NCBI GenBank assembly: GCA_036488585.1
Contig: DASXHH010000002.1
Coordinates: 12 to 64,011 of the forward strand
Direction: 5' to 3'
DNA length: 64,000 nucleotides
DNA from: Candidatus Saccharimonadia bacterium
Lineage (GTDB): Bacteria; Patescibacteriota; Saccharimonadia; UBA4664
Below the pieces are notes generated by a model. The model did no database searches and was not told the DNA's origin. It saw nothing but the letters and a program-made list of their open reading frames with translations. This document shows positions 28,312 through 37,826 of the stretch, in pieces (the first letter of the stretch is position 1; every line of letters begins with the position of its first letter). The translations under genes and the position numbers were made by a program.

Positions 28312-29361
28312 TTAGAAACGAAAGACAGGATGCTGGGCTGGGGCCTGGGTGACGGGCAGTTTAATGTTAAAGACGCTGCCGTGGCCGGGAGTTGATTCCA
28401 CCGTGATGGCACCGTGATGGAGATCGGTGATGCGCTTGGCAATGGAGAGACCAAGGCCATAACCACTCACCTGCTCCTTGGAGCGAGAACGATCGGCACG
28501 GTAGAAGCGCTCGAAGATATGCGGAATGTCGGAGGCGTTGATGCCGGTGCCTTGGTCGGCCACGGCCAAGTTTACCGACGGGCCGTTAGCGTGGCCGGAG
28601 ATCGTGACGGTGGATTTTTCGGGGCTGTATTTAATGGCGTTATCAAGCAAAATGGCGAGCAACTCGGTGAGGCTAGTGGCGTCACCCTCCACGGACGAGT
28701 CGTCGGCGTCGACCTCGAGGTTGATGTGACGCGCGGCCAGTTGGGTCTGGAAGCGGTCGATGGCGGCTTCGATGAGCTGACGGACAGGCACCGGCGAGAC
28801 GGCGGTGGGATCGAGTTTGTCGGAGCGGGCCAGCCGCAGGAGGCCAGCCGATAGAGCTTCGAGTTTGGCCAGCTCCTCGAGGTTTGAGTGGAGCAGCTTG
28901 CGGGCATCGGCGGCGGAAAGTTGCTTTTCGCGCAGGGCCACCTCGATTTCGGAGCGCATGGCGGTGAGCGGCGTGCGCAATTCGTGGGAGGCGTCGGCGG
29001 TGAACCGACCTTGCGCTTCCATGGCGTCCTGGATGGGAGTCAGCGTCCGCCGGGCGAGCCAAAAAGCCGCTCCCCCACCCAGCAGCAAGGTCGCCAAGTT
29101 GAGGGCGGAGAGGCGCAGCAGCAGGCTGCGGCGGGCGCCGTTGAGTTCGTCGGAGAGGGCCTGGATATAGTCATAGCGCTGAGACTCGAGGCCGAGCGGT
29201 ACTGGGAATCGCTCGATGGCGGACCGCTCGTGGTTGTAGTTGTCGGTCATCTGGCCGTCCGAAACGCGGAACAGGGCCGTACTAAACACAAGGCTGAGCA
29301 CCATGATTATGCCCAGGTACCAGAGGGTGAGGCGGAAAGCCGCGGATTGGATTAAGTGCAT
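28312..29361 (-). CDS. sensor histidine kinase
   Basis: Two TM segments, DASHELRTPL, LLDNAIKY, DQGTGI, GLGLSI. Confidence 0.95.
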   Translation of the reverse strand: MHLIQSAAFRLTLWYLGIIMVLSLVFSTALFRVSDGQMTDNYNHERSAIERFPVPLGLESQRYDYIQALSDELNGARRSLLLRLSALNLATLLLGGGAAFWLARRTLTPIQDAMEAQGRFTADASHELRTPLTAMRSEIEVALREKQLSAADARKLLHSNLEELAKLEALSAGLLRLARSDKLDPTAVSPVPVRQLIEAAIDRFQTQLAARHINLEVDADDSSVEGDATSLTELLAILLDNAIKYSPEKSTVTISGHANGPSVNLAVADQGTGINASDIPHIFERFYRADRSRSKEQVSGYGLGLSIAKRITDLHHGAITVESTPGHGSVFNIKLPVTQAPAQHPVFRF

Positions 29362-29424
29362 TGCTAGTTATGTTTACTTCGTTAGTTTACTCCGACCGCT
29401 CAGGTATACTCTATTTTTCCTAGC

Positions 29425-30108
29425 TTAATCTTCGCTGATGCCGAGTTTGTAGCCGAAGCCGCGAACGGTATGGACGAGCTCGGGGCCGCGGAAAGGGCGT
29501 TCGATTTTGTTACGCAGATAGCCAATATAGACCTCGAGAGTGTTGGGGAGAATGTCGGCGTCGTAGTCCCAGACGTGGCTAATGATGTTGGCCTTGGAGA
29601 GGATGCGGTTTTGGTTGCGCATGAGGTACTCGAGCAGGGCGTATTCGCGCTGAGAGAGCTGGATTTTGCGGCCGGAGCGCTTAACTTCGAAGGTGGTGGT
29701 GTCGAGGGTGAGGTCGTCGAGGGTGAGGATGTTGCCGACGTGGTCTTGCGGGCGGCGGAGCAGGGCGCGCAGACGGGCCAGCAGCTCCTCGAAGGCGAAC
29801 GGCTTCACAAGGTAATCGTCGGCGCCGGCGTTGAGACCCTCCACGCGGTCGCCGATTTTGTCCTTGGCGGTGAGCATTATGATGGGGGTGCGGACACCGT
29901 TGGCGCGCACCTCCTTGCAAATTTCGGCGCCGTCGAGTAGGCCGGGTAGCATGCGGTCGAGCACGATCACATCGTACTCATCGGTGAGCGCGGAACTAAG
30001 ACCCTCTTCGCCATCGTAGGCCAGGTCCACAGCGTAGGATTCCTGCTCGAGGCCACGCTTGATGGCGCCGGCGATTTTGTGCTCGTCTTCTACGACCAGA
30101 ATTCTCAT
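29425..30108 (-). CDS. OmpR/PhoB-family response regulator
   Basis: VVEDE, LDRMLP, GADDYLVKPF, NTLEVYIGYLRNK, TVRGFGY. Confidence 0.95.
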   Translation of the reverse strand: MRILVVEDEHKIAGAIKRGLEQESYAVDLAYDGEEGLSSALTDEYDVIVLDRMLPGLLDGAEICKEVRANGVRTPIIMLTAKDKIGDRVEGLNAGADDYLVKPFAFEELLARLRALLRRPQDHVGNILTLDDLTLDTTTFEVKRSGRKIQLSQREYALLEYLMRNQNRILSKANIISHVWDYDADILPNTLEVYIGYLRNKIERPFRGPELVHTVRGFGYKLGISED

Positions 30109-30115
30109 GTTACAG

Positions 30116-30149
30116 AGTGTAACGCCGATCGGCTGAGAATGCGCTGATA
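30116..30149 (-). promoter_or_regulatory. TATCAG-N5-TCTCAG direct repeat plus -10 (TACACT), putative autoregulatory site
   Basis: Box 11 nt before the -10, which is 7 nt before ATG 30108. Confidence 0.6.
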
Positions 30150-30154
30150 TTTTG

Positions 30155-30724
30155 CTAGATGCGATCGAGATCGAAGAAGCGATGATGCAAACTGAGACAC
30201 ATGGCCACCTGCATGGCGCCGACCACTAGCCCCCAAACGCCGAGCACCCAGGTAAACGCCAGGCCGCTAGAGGCTGGGTAGCGCAGCTCAATGAAGCCCG
30301 CCACAATGGCCAAGGCGCCGCCGATAATAAGCAGGAACTGCCGCCCGGGTTCCTCGCCGGGCTCGAAGGCGGCAATGACCTCGATGATGCCGTACACGAT
30401 GAGCGCGATGCCGAGGACTGCGATGAAGGCGGCCAGCGCCAGCCGGTTTTTGAGCAGGTACACGCCGACGCCAATTTGGCCCAGGCCCAGCAGCAGCGAG
30501 AGGAACCACATACTCAGGCTGCCCTCCGCGCGAATGCCGACGATAATATTAATAACGCCGGCAATCAGCAGGTACACCGCGAAGGCAGTTGAGATCGCAA
30601 TAAGCGTAATACCGGGCCATACCACCGCCACAACGCCAAATAAGATAAGGGCAATGCCTCTGAGCATCAGCAGCCACCAGACTTCTCTGAGGTGCCGTCG
30701 AATTCCGTCCATACTAACCTCCAC
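30155..30724 (-). CDS. HdeD/DUF308 family membrane protein
   Basis: WWLLMLRGIALILFG..WPG; repeated TM hairpins. Confidence 0.85.
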   Translation of the reverse strand: MEVSMDGIRRHLREVWWLLMLRGIALILFGVVAVVWPGITLIAISTAFAVYLLIAGVINIIVGIRAEGSLSMWFLSLLLGLGQIGVGVYLLKNRLALAAFIAVLGIALIVYGIIEVIAAFEPGEEPGRQFLLIIGGALAIVAGFIELRYPASSGLAFTWVLGVWGLVVGAMQVAMCLSLHHRFFDLDRI

Positions 30725-30892
30725 ACTTAGGGCTTTTACTTATGAGCCATGGTGGGGCCGGGTGCGATGGATGTTTTTCCAATGTCAAACCGATTTAACG
30801 CTGCTGCAAGCGGTTTTGGGACGTTTTGGCGCAAATTACAACTGGAATTCAGATTGTGCGGAATGCCAACGCCGGCGCGACGTTGAGTGGAA

Positions 30893-30921
30893 TTGACCAT
30901 CCGTGATCGCGCAGGTATAAT
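30893..30921 (+). promoter_or_regulatory. sigma70 promoter of tRNA-Asn
   Basis: TTGACC-N17-TATAAT. Confidence 0.8.
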
Positions 30922-30940
30922 CGGCGGGTAAAACAGATAT

Positions 30941-31015
30941 TCCGGAGTAGCTCAGTGGTAGAGCAAACGGCTGTTAACCGTTGGGTCGTCGGTTCGAACC
31001 CGACCTCCGGAGCCA
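30941..31015 (+). tRNA. tRNA-Asn (GTT)
   Basis: TCCGGAGTAGCTCAG...AACGGCTGTTAACCGTT...GGTTCGAACCC...CCGGAGCCA. Confidence 0.95.
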
Positions 31016-31211
31016 GGAATTATTTGCAGATATAGGCGCTCAGATTGAGGCCTATTTTTGTTTCCGCTAGCTGTGAACTTCGGTTCTAGCCCGGGAAGGG
31101 CTCTTTATTGACTAATGATCATAATTATGGCATATTGAATAAGTCTGAGCCACACTCGTACCTATCACTTCCACGACAAGAAAAACCCTGCTACTCCGAG
31201 GAGCAACACCG

Positions 31212-32228
31212 ATGTCAGACAGCCCAATTATGGAGCTTGTGAAGAATTGCCTAGGCATCAGGCTGAGCGCCCGCATGCCCATGGCGACACGGCTCACCGG
31301 CGACCTGCCCGGGATCTTCGACGAAGAGATCACCTCATGGAGCTCGAGAGAGCTTCGCGAGGCCGCCCGGCGCAATGAAATCGACACCGCAACCATGGAT
31401 CAGCTGACCCTCGTGGTCCGCATCCTGGGGATCATCACCGAGCAGGCCCGCGAGTGGGTCGGCGTCCGGCTCCTGTGGGTGGCCGAGAGCCTCGGAAGCC
31501 CAGTGGGTGGCGCGCATTACGTGATGCCCCACATGTGGGTTGCCATGTACCCTGCCGATCCGTATCTCCTGGCCTTCCGGGCGGGAGAGCGCCATGGTCT
31601 CTGCACTTTCGGTACCGAGCTGAGCGTGTACCCCACGCAGAAGCTCGCTGACATGTTCGCAGAGCACGCGAGTGCGGAAGTCCTTAAGCCGGCCCAGTCC
31701 TCAGCCGAGCAGCTCTCCTATGAGGCTGCTCAGGCGGCACTACAGCGGCGGATGACCGAACTGGCCGCGACCGCGATCGATCTGGGGGATGAGCCCAGTG
31801 ACGTCATAGACCTGGCCGTGCTGGCCTCCAAGCTACTACCCCTACTCCACCAGCACTCGCCGCTACCCTGGCGCGTGCACGTCGACAACACCGACCCCGA
31901 CCAGTATTTCCACTGTGTGTGCGACGCCAACGGAGCCTTCGCGGATGACGCGGAGGGCCCCGATGGTAGCCGACTCATGGGAATGGTCAACGCCGGCAGC
32001 TTCGCCGGCATGGACGAGGAGGTCTTCCCCTGGCTCATCCGGACGGTCGTCGTTGACACCGACTATGGTGAGTTCCTCGGCCAGGAGCTGTCCTGGTCGG
32101 TCCAGCCCGGCGAGGGCGAGTCGGTCTGCGTCGTGTCCTTCAACGTCGGCGTCGTGGCCGATAACCTCACCCGCGCTGAAGCCGCATTCCTGATGCGGGC
32201 CGGTCGGCGCGAGCGGGATGACAGGTAA
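31212..32228 (+). CDS. hypothetical protein
   Basis: 338 aa, GAGGAG SD, GC hairpin 32244-32274 downstream. Confidence 0.7.
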   Translation: MSDSPIMELVKNCLGIRLSARMPMATRLTGDLPGIFDEEITSWSSRELREAARRNEIDTATMDQLTLVVRILGIITEQAREWVGVRLLWVAESLGSPVGGAHYVMPHMWVAMYPADPYLLAFRAGERHGLCTFGTELSVYPTQKLADMFAEHASAEVLKPAQSSAEQLSYEAAQAALQRRMTELAATAIDLGDEPSDVIDLAVLASKLLPLLHQHSPLPWRVHVDNTDPDQYFHCVCDANGAFADDAEGPDGSRLMGMVNAGSFAGMDEEVFPWLIRTVVVDTDYGEFLGQELSWSVQPGEGESVCVVSFNVGVVADNLTRAEAAFLMRAGRRERDDR

Positions 32229-32357
32229 CAGTGACCAACGACAGCCGCGCCCACACCGCAAGGGTGGGCGCGGCGACAACCTGAGTTCTCAAGCCACAGA
32301 GCTTGATACCTGAGGCTGATAAAGATTAGCAGCTCTAATGGCGAGGTGGCGGAGATA

Positions 32358-32386
32358 TTGACAATATATAGCTTGAGTTGTATAAT
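32358..32386 (+). promoter_or_regulatory. consensus sigma70 promoter
   Basis: TTGACA-N17-TATAAT. Confidence 0.8.
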
Positions 32387-32497
32387 GTATACTGTTCTTG
32401 GATGAGCTTTGTCCTTACAGACCGCCAGAACACCTGTACGTTAAGACAAGATATCGCACCAGAGTGGAGCGCAGAATCGCTCCGGAAGGAGGCCGTT

Positions 32498-32944
32498 ATG
32501 GCCGCCATCGATACCCTCAACCGTGTCCTCGGCCTCGGCCGAGGGGTGCGCATCCACACCCATCTGTCACTCGTCAACCATGCCGCATTGGTTGAGGCCC
32601 TAGCCGAAATCGACGGCGTGACCGTCACCCGCGAGAGTGGGACGTCGAGTTTCTGCCACGGTGCCTACACCGCTCCCTGGTGGAAGGAGACGATCTCCGG
32701 GGCCGGCTACGACCTAACCGTGTCGTGGTCGCAGAACGCGGCCACCGGCGCTGACAACGGCATCTTCATCAAGGGAGATTGCCCGCAGTGGCGCGTTAAC
32801 ACGGTCAGCCAAATCCTCTACCTCGCGCGGCCCGGTGGCATGTTCCGTGATAGCAACATCGCGAAGCTCCGCTGCCTCGCCGAGTCTGAGCACCCCGAGG
32901 AGGCTGTCGCTGCTACAGCGGCACTGGCCGAACTGGGCGTGTAG
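32498..32944 (+). CDS. hypothetical protein
   Basis: AAGGAGG SD before MAAIDTL; hairpin downstream. Confidence 0.7.
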   Translation: MAAIDTLNRVLGLGRGVRIHTHLSLVNHAALVEALAEIDGVTVTRESGTSSFCHGAYTAPWWKETISGAGYDLTVSWSQNAATGADNGIFIKGDCPQWRVNTVSQILYLARPGGMFRDSNIAKLRCLAESEHPEEAVAATAALAELGV

Positions 32945-33193
32945 TCCCCGAGCCCTTCGTCGATATGGGCGGCTTCCCTGGGGGCCAACGACGTCCGGCT
33001 GCCGTCTCTTCGTGAGGCGGTGGCCGGAGTACCACCCGAGTGTTCAAGCTCAATGTGTTTGAACCTTCAGGCGGTAGAGTGAACTGGACGGAACTGAGTT
33101 TGACTCAGTGACCCCAACCCTTCGAGCCAGGTCTTTAAGGTAATCGCCGTCTACCTTGAACTCGAACGATAGGTTCCTGATTGAATCATGGAT

Positions 33194-33215
33194 GGGGAGT
33201 CAAAGAACTTATGCT
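33194..33215 (+). repeat. tRNA-Asn-like 3' end scar plus trailer
   Basis: GGGGAGTCA-AAGAACTTATGCT, then a hairpin and T run. Confidence 0.6.
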
Positions 33216-33246
33216 AATAACGGCTTGGCTGAGCCGTTATTTTTAT

Positions 33247-33423
33247 GTCAGGAAAGGCTCGCATGCGGCAAACTACTGGGGAACCGGAGGCGGTCATCTT
33301 GAGCTCGGCGAGTCTTTACTAGAAGGGGCCTTGCGTGAACTGTCGGAGGAGGCCGGTGAACAGCTAAAGGTGAACACAGGAGAGGTCTTCTTCGACTCCT
33401 CCTTTAGCTCTGTGCAATCATAA
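33247..33423 (+). pseudogene. NUDIX hydrolase fragment
   Basis: RKGSH..WGTGGGHLELGESLLEGALRELSEEAG; lacks N-terminus and most of the C-terminal half. Confidence 0.65.
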
Positions 33424-33448
33424 TCGCAGTTTTAGCGTCCTCCGCCAC

Positions 33449-33470
33449 GGGGAGCCAAAGAACTTACGCT
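33449..33470 (+). repeat. tRNA-Asn-like 3' end scar plus trailer
   Basis: GGGGAGCCA-AAGAACTTACGCT, then palindrome GAGGCTTAATTAAGCCTC and T run. Confidence 0.6.
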
Positions 33471-33611
33471 GAGGCTTAATTAAGCCTCTTTGTTACATCT
33501 AACAGAATTTATCAGTTTTTATGCTTTAGTAGCTTTCTCCTGGCACGAGAAAAAAGCCCATAGCGACGGAGAGGGGTGCTCGGACCTTCCTTATAATATT
33601 ATTTAATGAAA

Positions 33612-34286
33612 TCAGGGCAGGCTGAGAAATATGGGTTCGCTAGCATCAGGGGCCTTCCACTGCAGTTTGGTCACGCCGCTGGCTGGATCGAAGAGAACAA
33701 AGCCATCAGCGTGACCGCCTGCCAACACCGTTGAGTTTATCCATTCGTTTCCCATTGGCACCATTGGCGGTACTAAGGCTCCAGTTTTAGTAACACCTTT
33801 AAACCAACTATCGTTGACTTGGACCGAGTACGTTTGGGTGGACGGTGAATTGTTGTAAACGGTGAAATCAACTTGCTCGTACATAGTTGAGCTCGGTGCC
33901 GATGCCCAATAGGTGGTGGCAGGGACCTGCTTGACCCCATTGATGATAACAATACTGGTGGCGGCTAGAGGCTTCGGGCTGGGCGTAGCCTGAGGCGCAG
34001 TCGGTTTGGGATTCAGGGCTTTTTGAAGCTGATTATTTAGGCTGATCACCTGTTGTTTTAGACTGGAATTGCTGGCGTCTAGTCGCGCGTTAGTGTTATT
34101 AAGCGAGGAAATAGCGCTTTCTTTCCGAATTAGCTGTGCGTGTTGCCATGAATATGTAGCATAGGCAACGAGGGATAATAGAGCTATTTCACCGAGGACG
34201 ATGAGCACAGTCTTGCCAAGTGTTCGCCGTACAGATTGCAACTTGTGAGCGGAGGTTTCTTTGACTGGTTTGTCGGTTGTTTCCAC
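33612..34286 (-). CDS. membrane-anchored surface protein (TM, coiled coil, Ig-like beta domain)
   Basis: Architecture visible in translation; lower GC than flanks. Confidence 0.65.
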   Translation of the reverse strand: METTDKPVKETSAHKLQSVRRTLGKTVLIVLGEIALLSLVAYATYSWQHAQLIRKESAISSLNNTNARLDASNSSLKQQVISLNNQLQKALNPKPTAPQATPSPKPLAATSIVIINGVKQVPATTYWASAPSSTMYEQVDFTVYNNSPSTQTYSVQVNDSWFKGVTKTGALVPPMVPMGNEWINSTVLAGGHADGFVLFDPASGVTKLQWKAPDASEPIFLSLP

Positions 34287-34387
34287 TTATGCTTATTTTA
34301 GACTTGGCCATCGCCAGGTGTAAATAGCCTAGTCTGGCGCAAATAGTGCCTTTTGTCTCTTATTTGTGTAGGTCTGGGCTACCAAGG

Positions 34388-34424
34388 TTCTAACTTCATC
34401 TGCTATGGGGAGCCAGGCAATCAT
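34388..34424 (+). repeat. imperfect direct repeat, copy 1 (att-like)
   Basis: TTCTAACTTCATCTGC...GGGGAGCCAGGCAATCAT; similar to 36637-36672. Confidence 0.55.
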
Positions 34425-34560
34425 ACTTCTCGATATAGGCATCAGGATTTTGGGGCCTATATTTTTTAGAAAATAGTTCTATCTGTAAATTAGGTTTTGG
34501 TTTGCAACGCGAAAAGCAAAAGCTGAGGCCTAGACGTGACAAAGAATGTATTATAGACAT

Positions 34561-34974
34561 ATGAGGGCGAAATTGGACCGGGCGCTGAAGATGCCAGGCT
34601 GGGTGTCCGTGCTGTATGGGGCGATGGCAGTGGGACTGGTGCCGTGGATTGGGTTTTTGGCCGCGTCGTTGCCAAGCCGGCATGTCTCGCACCACTGGGA
34701 TCTGGCATGGACCGGTATGGACATAGGGATATTGGCGGCAGTTGTGGCGACAACATTGTTGGCGCTAAGACGGTCTGGTTGGGTAGTGATTTCGGCGACG
34801 GTGGTGTTTACACTGCTGATGACGGACGCATGGTTTGATGTGCTGACCGCCAGGCCGGGGCAGCAACTGGCTGACGCGCTGGGGGCGGCGATGATTGAAT
34901 TGCCGCTGGCAATAGTATCTTTATGGTTGGCACAAAACGTGGCTAAAGCGCTGCTAAACGCGACGCGGCGGTGA
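34561..34974 (+). CDS. hypothetical membrane protein
   Basis: Four TM segments, LVPW, WDLAWTGMD, DAWFDV; overlaps the next gene by 4 nt. Confidence 0.75.
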   Translation: MRAKLDRALKMPGWVSVLYGAMAVGLVPWIGFLAASLPSRHVSHHWDLAWTGMDIGILAAVVATTLLALRRSGWVVISATVVFTLLMTDAWFDVLTARPGQQLADALGAAMIELPLAIVSLWLAQNVAKALLNATRR

Positions 34975-36599
34975 CCGCCGAGCGTTACCAAACCTGGATT
35001 GTAAGGGCCGTGGCGGGCCTGATAATGGTGAACGGGTTTCTGGCACTGTTTCGCCCGCTGGCCGAGCGCATGAGCGAGCGGCTGGAGGAACTGCTGACAC
35101 CGGTGAGCGTGGACCTGGCCAGTAGGTCGCTGGACTTGCTGGTGGGGGTGACGCTGATTTACCTGTCAGTGCAGCTGCCGAAGCGCAAGCGGATGGCGTG
35201 GCGGATTGCGGTGATGGTGATGGTAGTAGCGGTGGTGTCCCATCTGCTAACGTCGCGACTGGCAGCTACCACGCTGACCGAGTTGCTAGGTCTGATGGCG
35301 CTGGTGACGACACGCGATTACTTTCGTGCGCGTAGTGAGCTGGCGAGCATCAACCAGGGATTGGTGGCGTTGGCAGCGAGTATTGTGGTGGCGCTGCTGT
35401 ACGGTACGCTGGGCTTTTGGCTGATGCTGAGGCGAGACTTTGGAATTGATTTCACCCTCAATCAAGCCATTGTTCATACACTACGCGCCTATACATTAAT
35501 GGGCGACCCGGACTTGATACCGCGCACCCGGCAGGCGGCATGGTTCTTGGACTCTCTGGCGATCGCCGGCACAGCTAGCATTGGGTTTGGGCTATATAGC
35601 CTGTTCAGGCCGGTGTCGTTTAGACTGCAGGTGCTGCCAGAAGAGATCCGGCGCATGACCAGTCTATTGGAGCGTTACAGCCGGTCGTCGGACGACTATT
35701 TTAAGATTTGGCCGCACGACAAGGCCTACATGTTCGCGAATGGGGCAGGCGTGGCGTACGGTGTAAAGTCGGGCGTGGCCATAAGCGTGGGCGATCCGGT
35801 GGTGGCGGACGGCAAGCTCGGCGAGGCGATACGAGCATTTGACGCGATGTGCCTAACCAGCGGCTGGAGCCCGGCGTTTTTATACATCGGTGAGTGGGGC
35901 TTGGGCGAGTATCGACGGGTAGGGCTCGACACGCTTAAGGTCGGCGAGGACGCTGTAGTAGACCTCAATCAGTTTGCCGAGGAAACCTCACGCAACAAGC
36001 ATTTTCGAAATATCCGAAACCGCTTTGAAAAGGCGGGTTACCGGGTGGAGCAGCTCCGCCCGCCACATGACCCGCAGCTGATGCGACAACTGGGGCGGAT
36101 TTCGCGAGCCTGGCTGCGACAGCCGGGGCGGCAGGAATGGCGGTTCTTTGCTGGACGGTTCAGTCTCCCCTATCTGCGCGAATGCGACCTGTTTGTAGCC
36201 TACGACTCGGATGGCTTGCCACGTGCGTTTGTAAACCTTATCCCAGTTTGGCGGAAAGGGTGGGCCACCATCGACCTCATGCGCTCCGACGGTGAGTCGC
36301 CCGGCGGCATTATGGATTACCTGTTAATGGACGTAATGCTACATCTGGGGAATGCCGGAGTGCAGAAATTTAACCTGGGGCTAGCACCGCTCTCCGGACT
36401 GGGCGAACCGGCCGGTAAGCCGGAAGAGAGGCTGCTTAACCTGATTTACAGGTCGAACCAGAAGCTTGTGTCTCTGAAGGGGCTGCGGCAATTTAAATCC
36501 AAGTTTGAGCCCGAGTGGGAGGCTAAGTACCTCGCTTACCGCGGGGGGTCCGGGCGGCTGCCTCGGATTGCCTACGCGCTCGCCCGGACGATGACATAG
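34971..36599 (+). CDS. aminoacyl-phosphatidylglycerol synthase domain protein (MprF/LysX-like, DUF2156)
   Basis: N-terminal TMs, GDPV, KVGEDAVVDL, IDLMR, GIMDYL, NLGLAPLSG, GLRQFKSKFEPEW. Confidence 0.88.
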   Translation: MTAERYQTWIVRAVAGLIMVNGFLALFRPLAERMSERLEELLTPVSVDLASRSLDLLVGVTLIYLSVQLPKRKRMAWRIAVMVMVVAVVSHLLTSRLAATTLTELLGLMALVTTRDYFRARSELASINQGLVALAASIVVALLYGTLGFWLMLRRDFGIDFTLNQAIVHTLRAYTLMGDPDLIPRTRQAAWFLDSLAIAGTASIGFGLYSLFRPVSFRLQVLPEEIRRMTSLLERYSRSSDDYFKIWPHDKAYMFANGAGVAYGVKSGVAISVGDPVVADGKLGEAIRAFDAMCLTSGWSPAFLYIGEWGLGEYRRVGLDTLKVGEDAVVDLNQFAEETSRNKHFRNIRNRFEKAGYRVEQLRPPHDPQLMRQLGRISRAWLRQPGRQEWRFFAGRFSLPYLRECDLFVAYDSDGLPRAFVNLIPVWRKGWATIDLMRSDGESPGGIMDYLLMDVMLHLGNAGVQKFNLGLAPLSGLGEPAGKPEERLLNLIYRSNQKLVSLKGLRQFKSKFEPEWEAKYLAYRGGSGRLPRIAYALARTMT

Positions 36600-36636
36600 G
36601 CCTATCCTGCGCCTAGTGGTTATCAAACAAGCAGAA

Positions 36637-36672
36637 TTCTAACTTCGTCCGCGACTCGAGCCAGCAATTATT
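36637..36672 (+). repeat. imperfect direct repeat, copy 2 (att-like)
   Basis: TTCTAACTTCGTCCGC...GAGCCAGCAATTATT; last 15 nt match 31010-31024 at 14/15. Confidence 0.6.
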
Positions 36673-36754
36673 ATAGCTTTGTTAAGCTATCCTCTTCGTC
36701 AGTTGCGTATTACTAAAAAGTGCTAATCTAAAAATATATTGAGGAGAGCATATT

Positions 36755-37180
36755 ATGAGCAAACCAAGCCCGGTGGTGCATTTTGAAATGGGTTATAAAG
36801 ACCAAGGTCGAATGGTTAAGTTTTATGAGACGGCTTTTGGCTGGAAAACTGAGGCAATGGGAACCGATATGGGTAACTACGTGGTCGTTCACACCACCGA
36901 AACCGACAAAGATGGTATCGTACAAACCAAAGGGGCAATTAACGGCGGATTTTACCAAAAAACCGATGATCCTCTTAGCCAAGCTCCGTCGGTAGTAGTC
37001 TCTGTGGATGACATTCATGACGCCGTGAAGTCCGTAGAAGCGGCGGGCGGTAAGATCCTTGGTGGACTTGATCAAAAAGGTGAACATACAATGGAGCCGC
37101 AGATGATCCCTGGAGTTGGCTTATGGATTTCGGCAATGGACACAGAGGGTAATCGTTTCTCCATTCTGCAAGCTGCCTAG
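36755..37180 (+). CDS. VOC/glyoxalase family protein
   Basis: VVHFE, FYETAFGW, GAINGG, DTEGNRF. Confidence 0.88.
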   Translation: MSKPSPVVHFEMGYKDQGRMVKFYETAFGWKTEAMGTDMGNYVVVHTTETDKDGIVQTKGAINGGFYQKTDDPLSQAPSVVVSVDDIHDAVKSVEAAGGKILGGLDQKGEHTMEPQMIPGVGLWISAMDTEGNRFSILQAA

Positions 37181-37319
37181 TTAAGTCAAGGTGAGACAAG
37201 ACACTTATATTTAAAAAGAGGCCGTTTAGGCTTCTTTTTGTCTCCCTCTTCGGTAAACAGGCCTACATATATTTCTGGCCGTAGGCTTTCTGAGGTCTTG
37301 TTTTTGTTACCATAGCGAC

Positions 37320-37796
37320 ATGAGTCTCAGAAAATACTTTCACTTCAAAAATTTGATGATGAATCGTATCCGCGAAAGTGAGATTGACGAGACGGTCAGT
37401 TTAATAAATCCCGCCTATGGCTACCAGGATCAAGCCAAAGGCAGAGCCAGGACCGACGCTGAGCATCTACGCAAGCGGGCAAGCGAGACTCATTTTTACG
37501 TCGTCAAAGATGGTGGCGGTATCGTCGGCTGCGTTTACGTTGAACCGAGTGGCGGCTCATTGCACTTTGGGCTACTGACACTCGCAGACCACTATCGTAA
37601 AACCGGGTTGGCACAGGCGATTATGAAGGCCATTGAGGACTTTGCGGGAGCCAACCGATATGAATCTTTGGAGCTCGACTATATGTCGTTGGCACCCTGG
37701 CTAAAGAAGTACTATGAACGGTACGGATTCATCGAGACCGGCGTGGTCATTAACTGGGGTTCAATAGACCTGATTCATATGTCCAAAAAGCTGTAG
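37320..37796 (+). CDS. GNAT acetyltransferase
   Basis: YRKTGLA motif A, YYERYGF. Confidence 0.85.
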   Translation: MSLRKYFHFKNLMMNRIRESEIDETVSLINPAYGYQDQAKGRARTDAEHLRKRASETHFYVVKDGGGIVGCVYVEPSGGSLHFGLLTLADHYRKTGLAQAIMKAIEDFAGANRYESLELDYMSLAPWLKKYYERYGFIETGVVINWGSIDLIHMSKKL

Positions 37797-37826
37797 TAAC
37801 CAAAGTTCTATACAGAAAGGAATGTA

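Noticed and set aside
32945-33190. Cluster of hairpins as a structured ncRNA
   Set aside because: No recognisable family; explained by a terminator-like hairpin plus a probable gene remnant.
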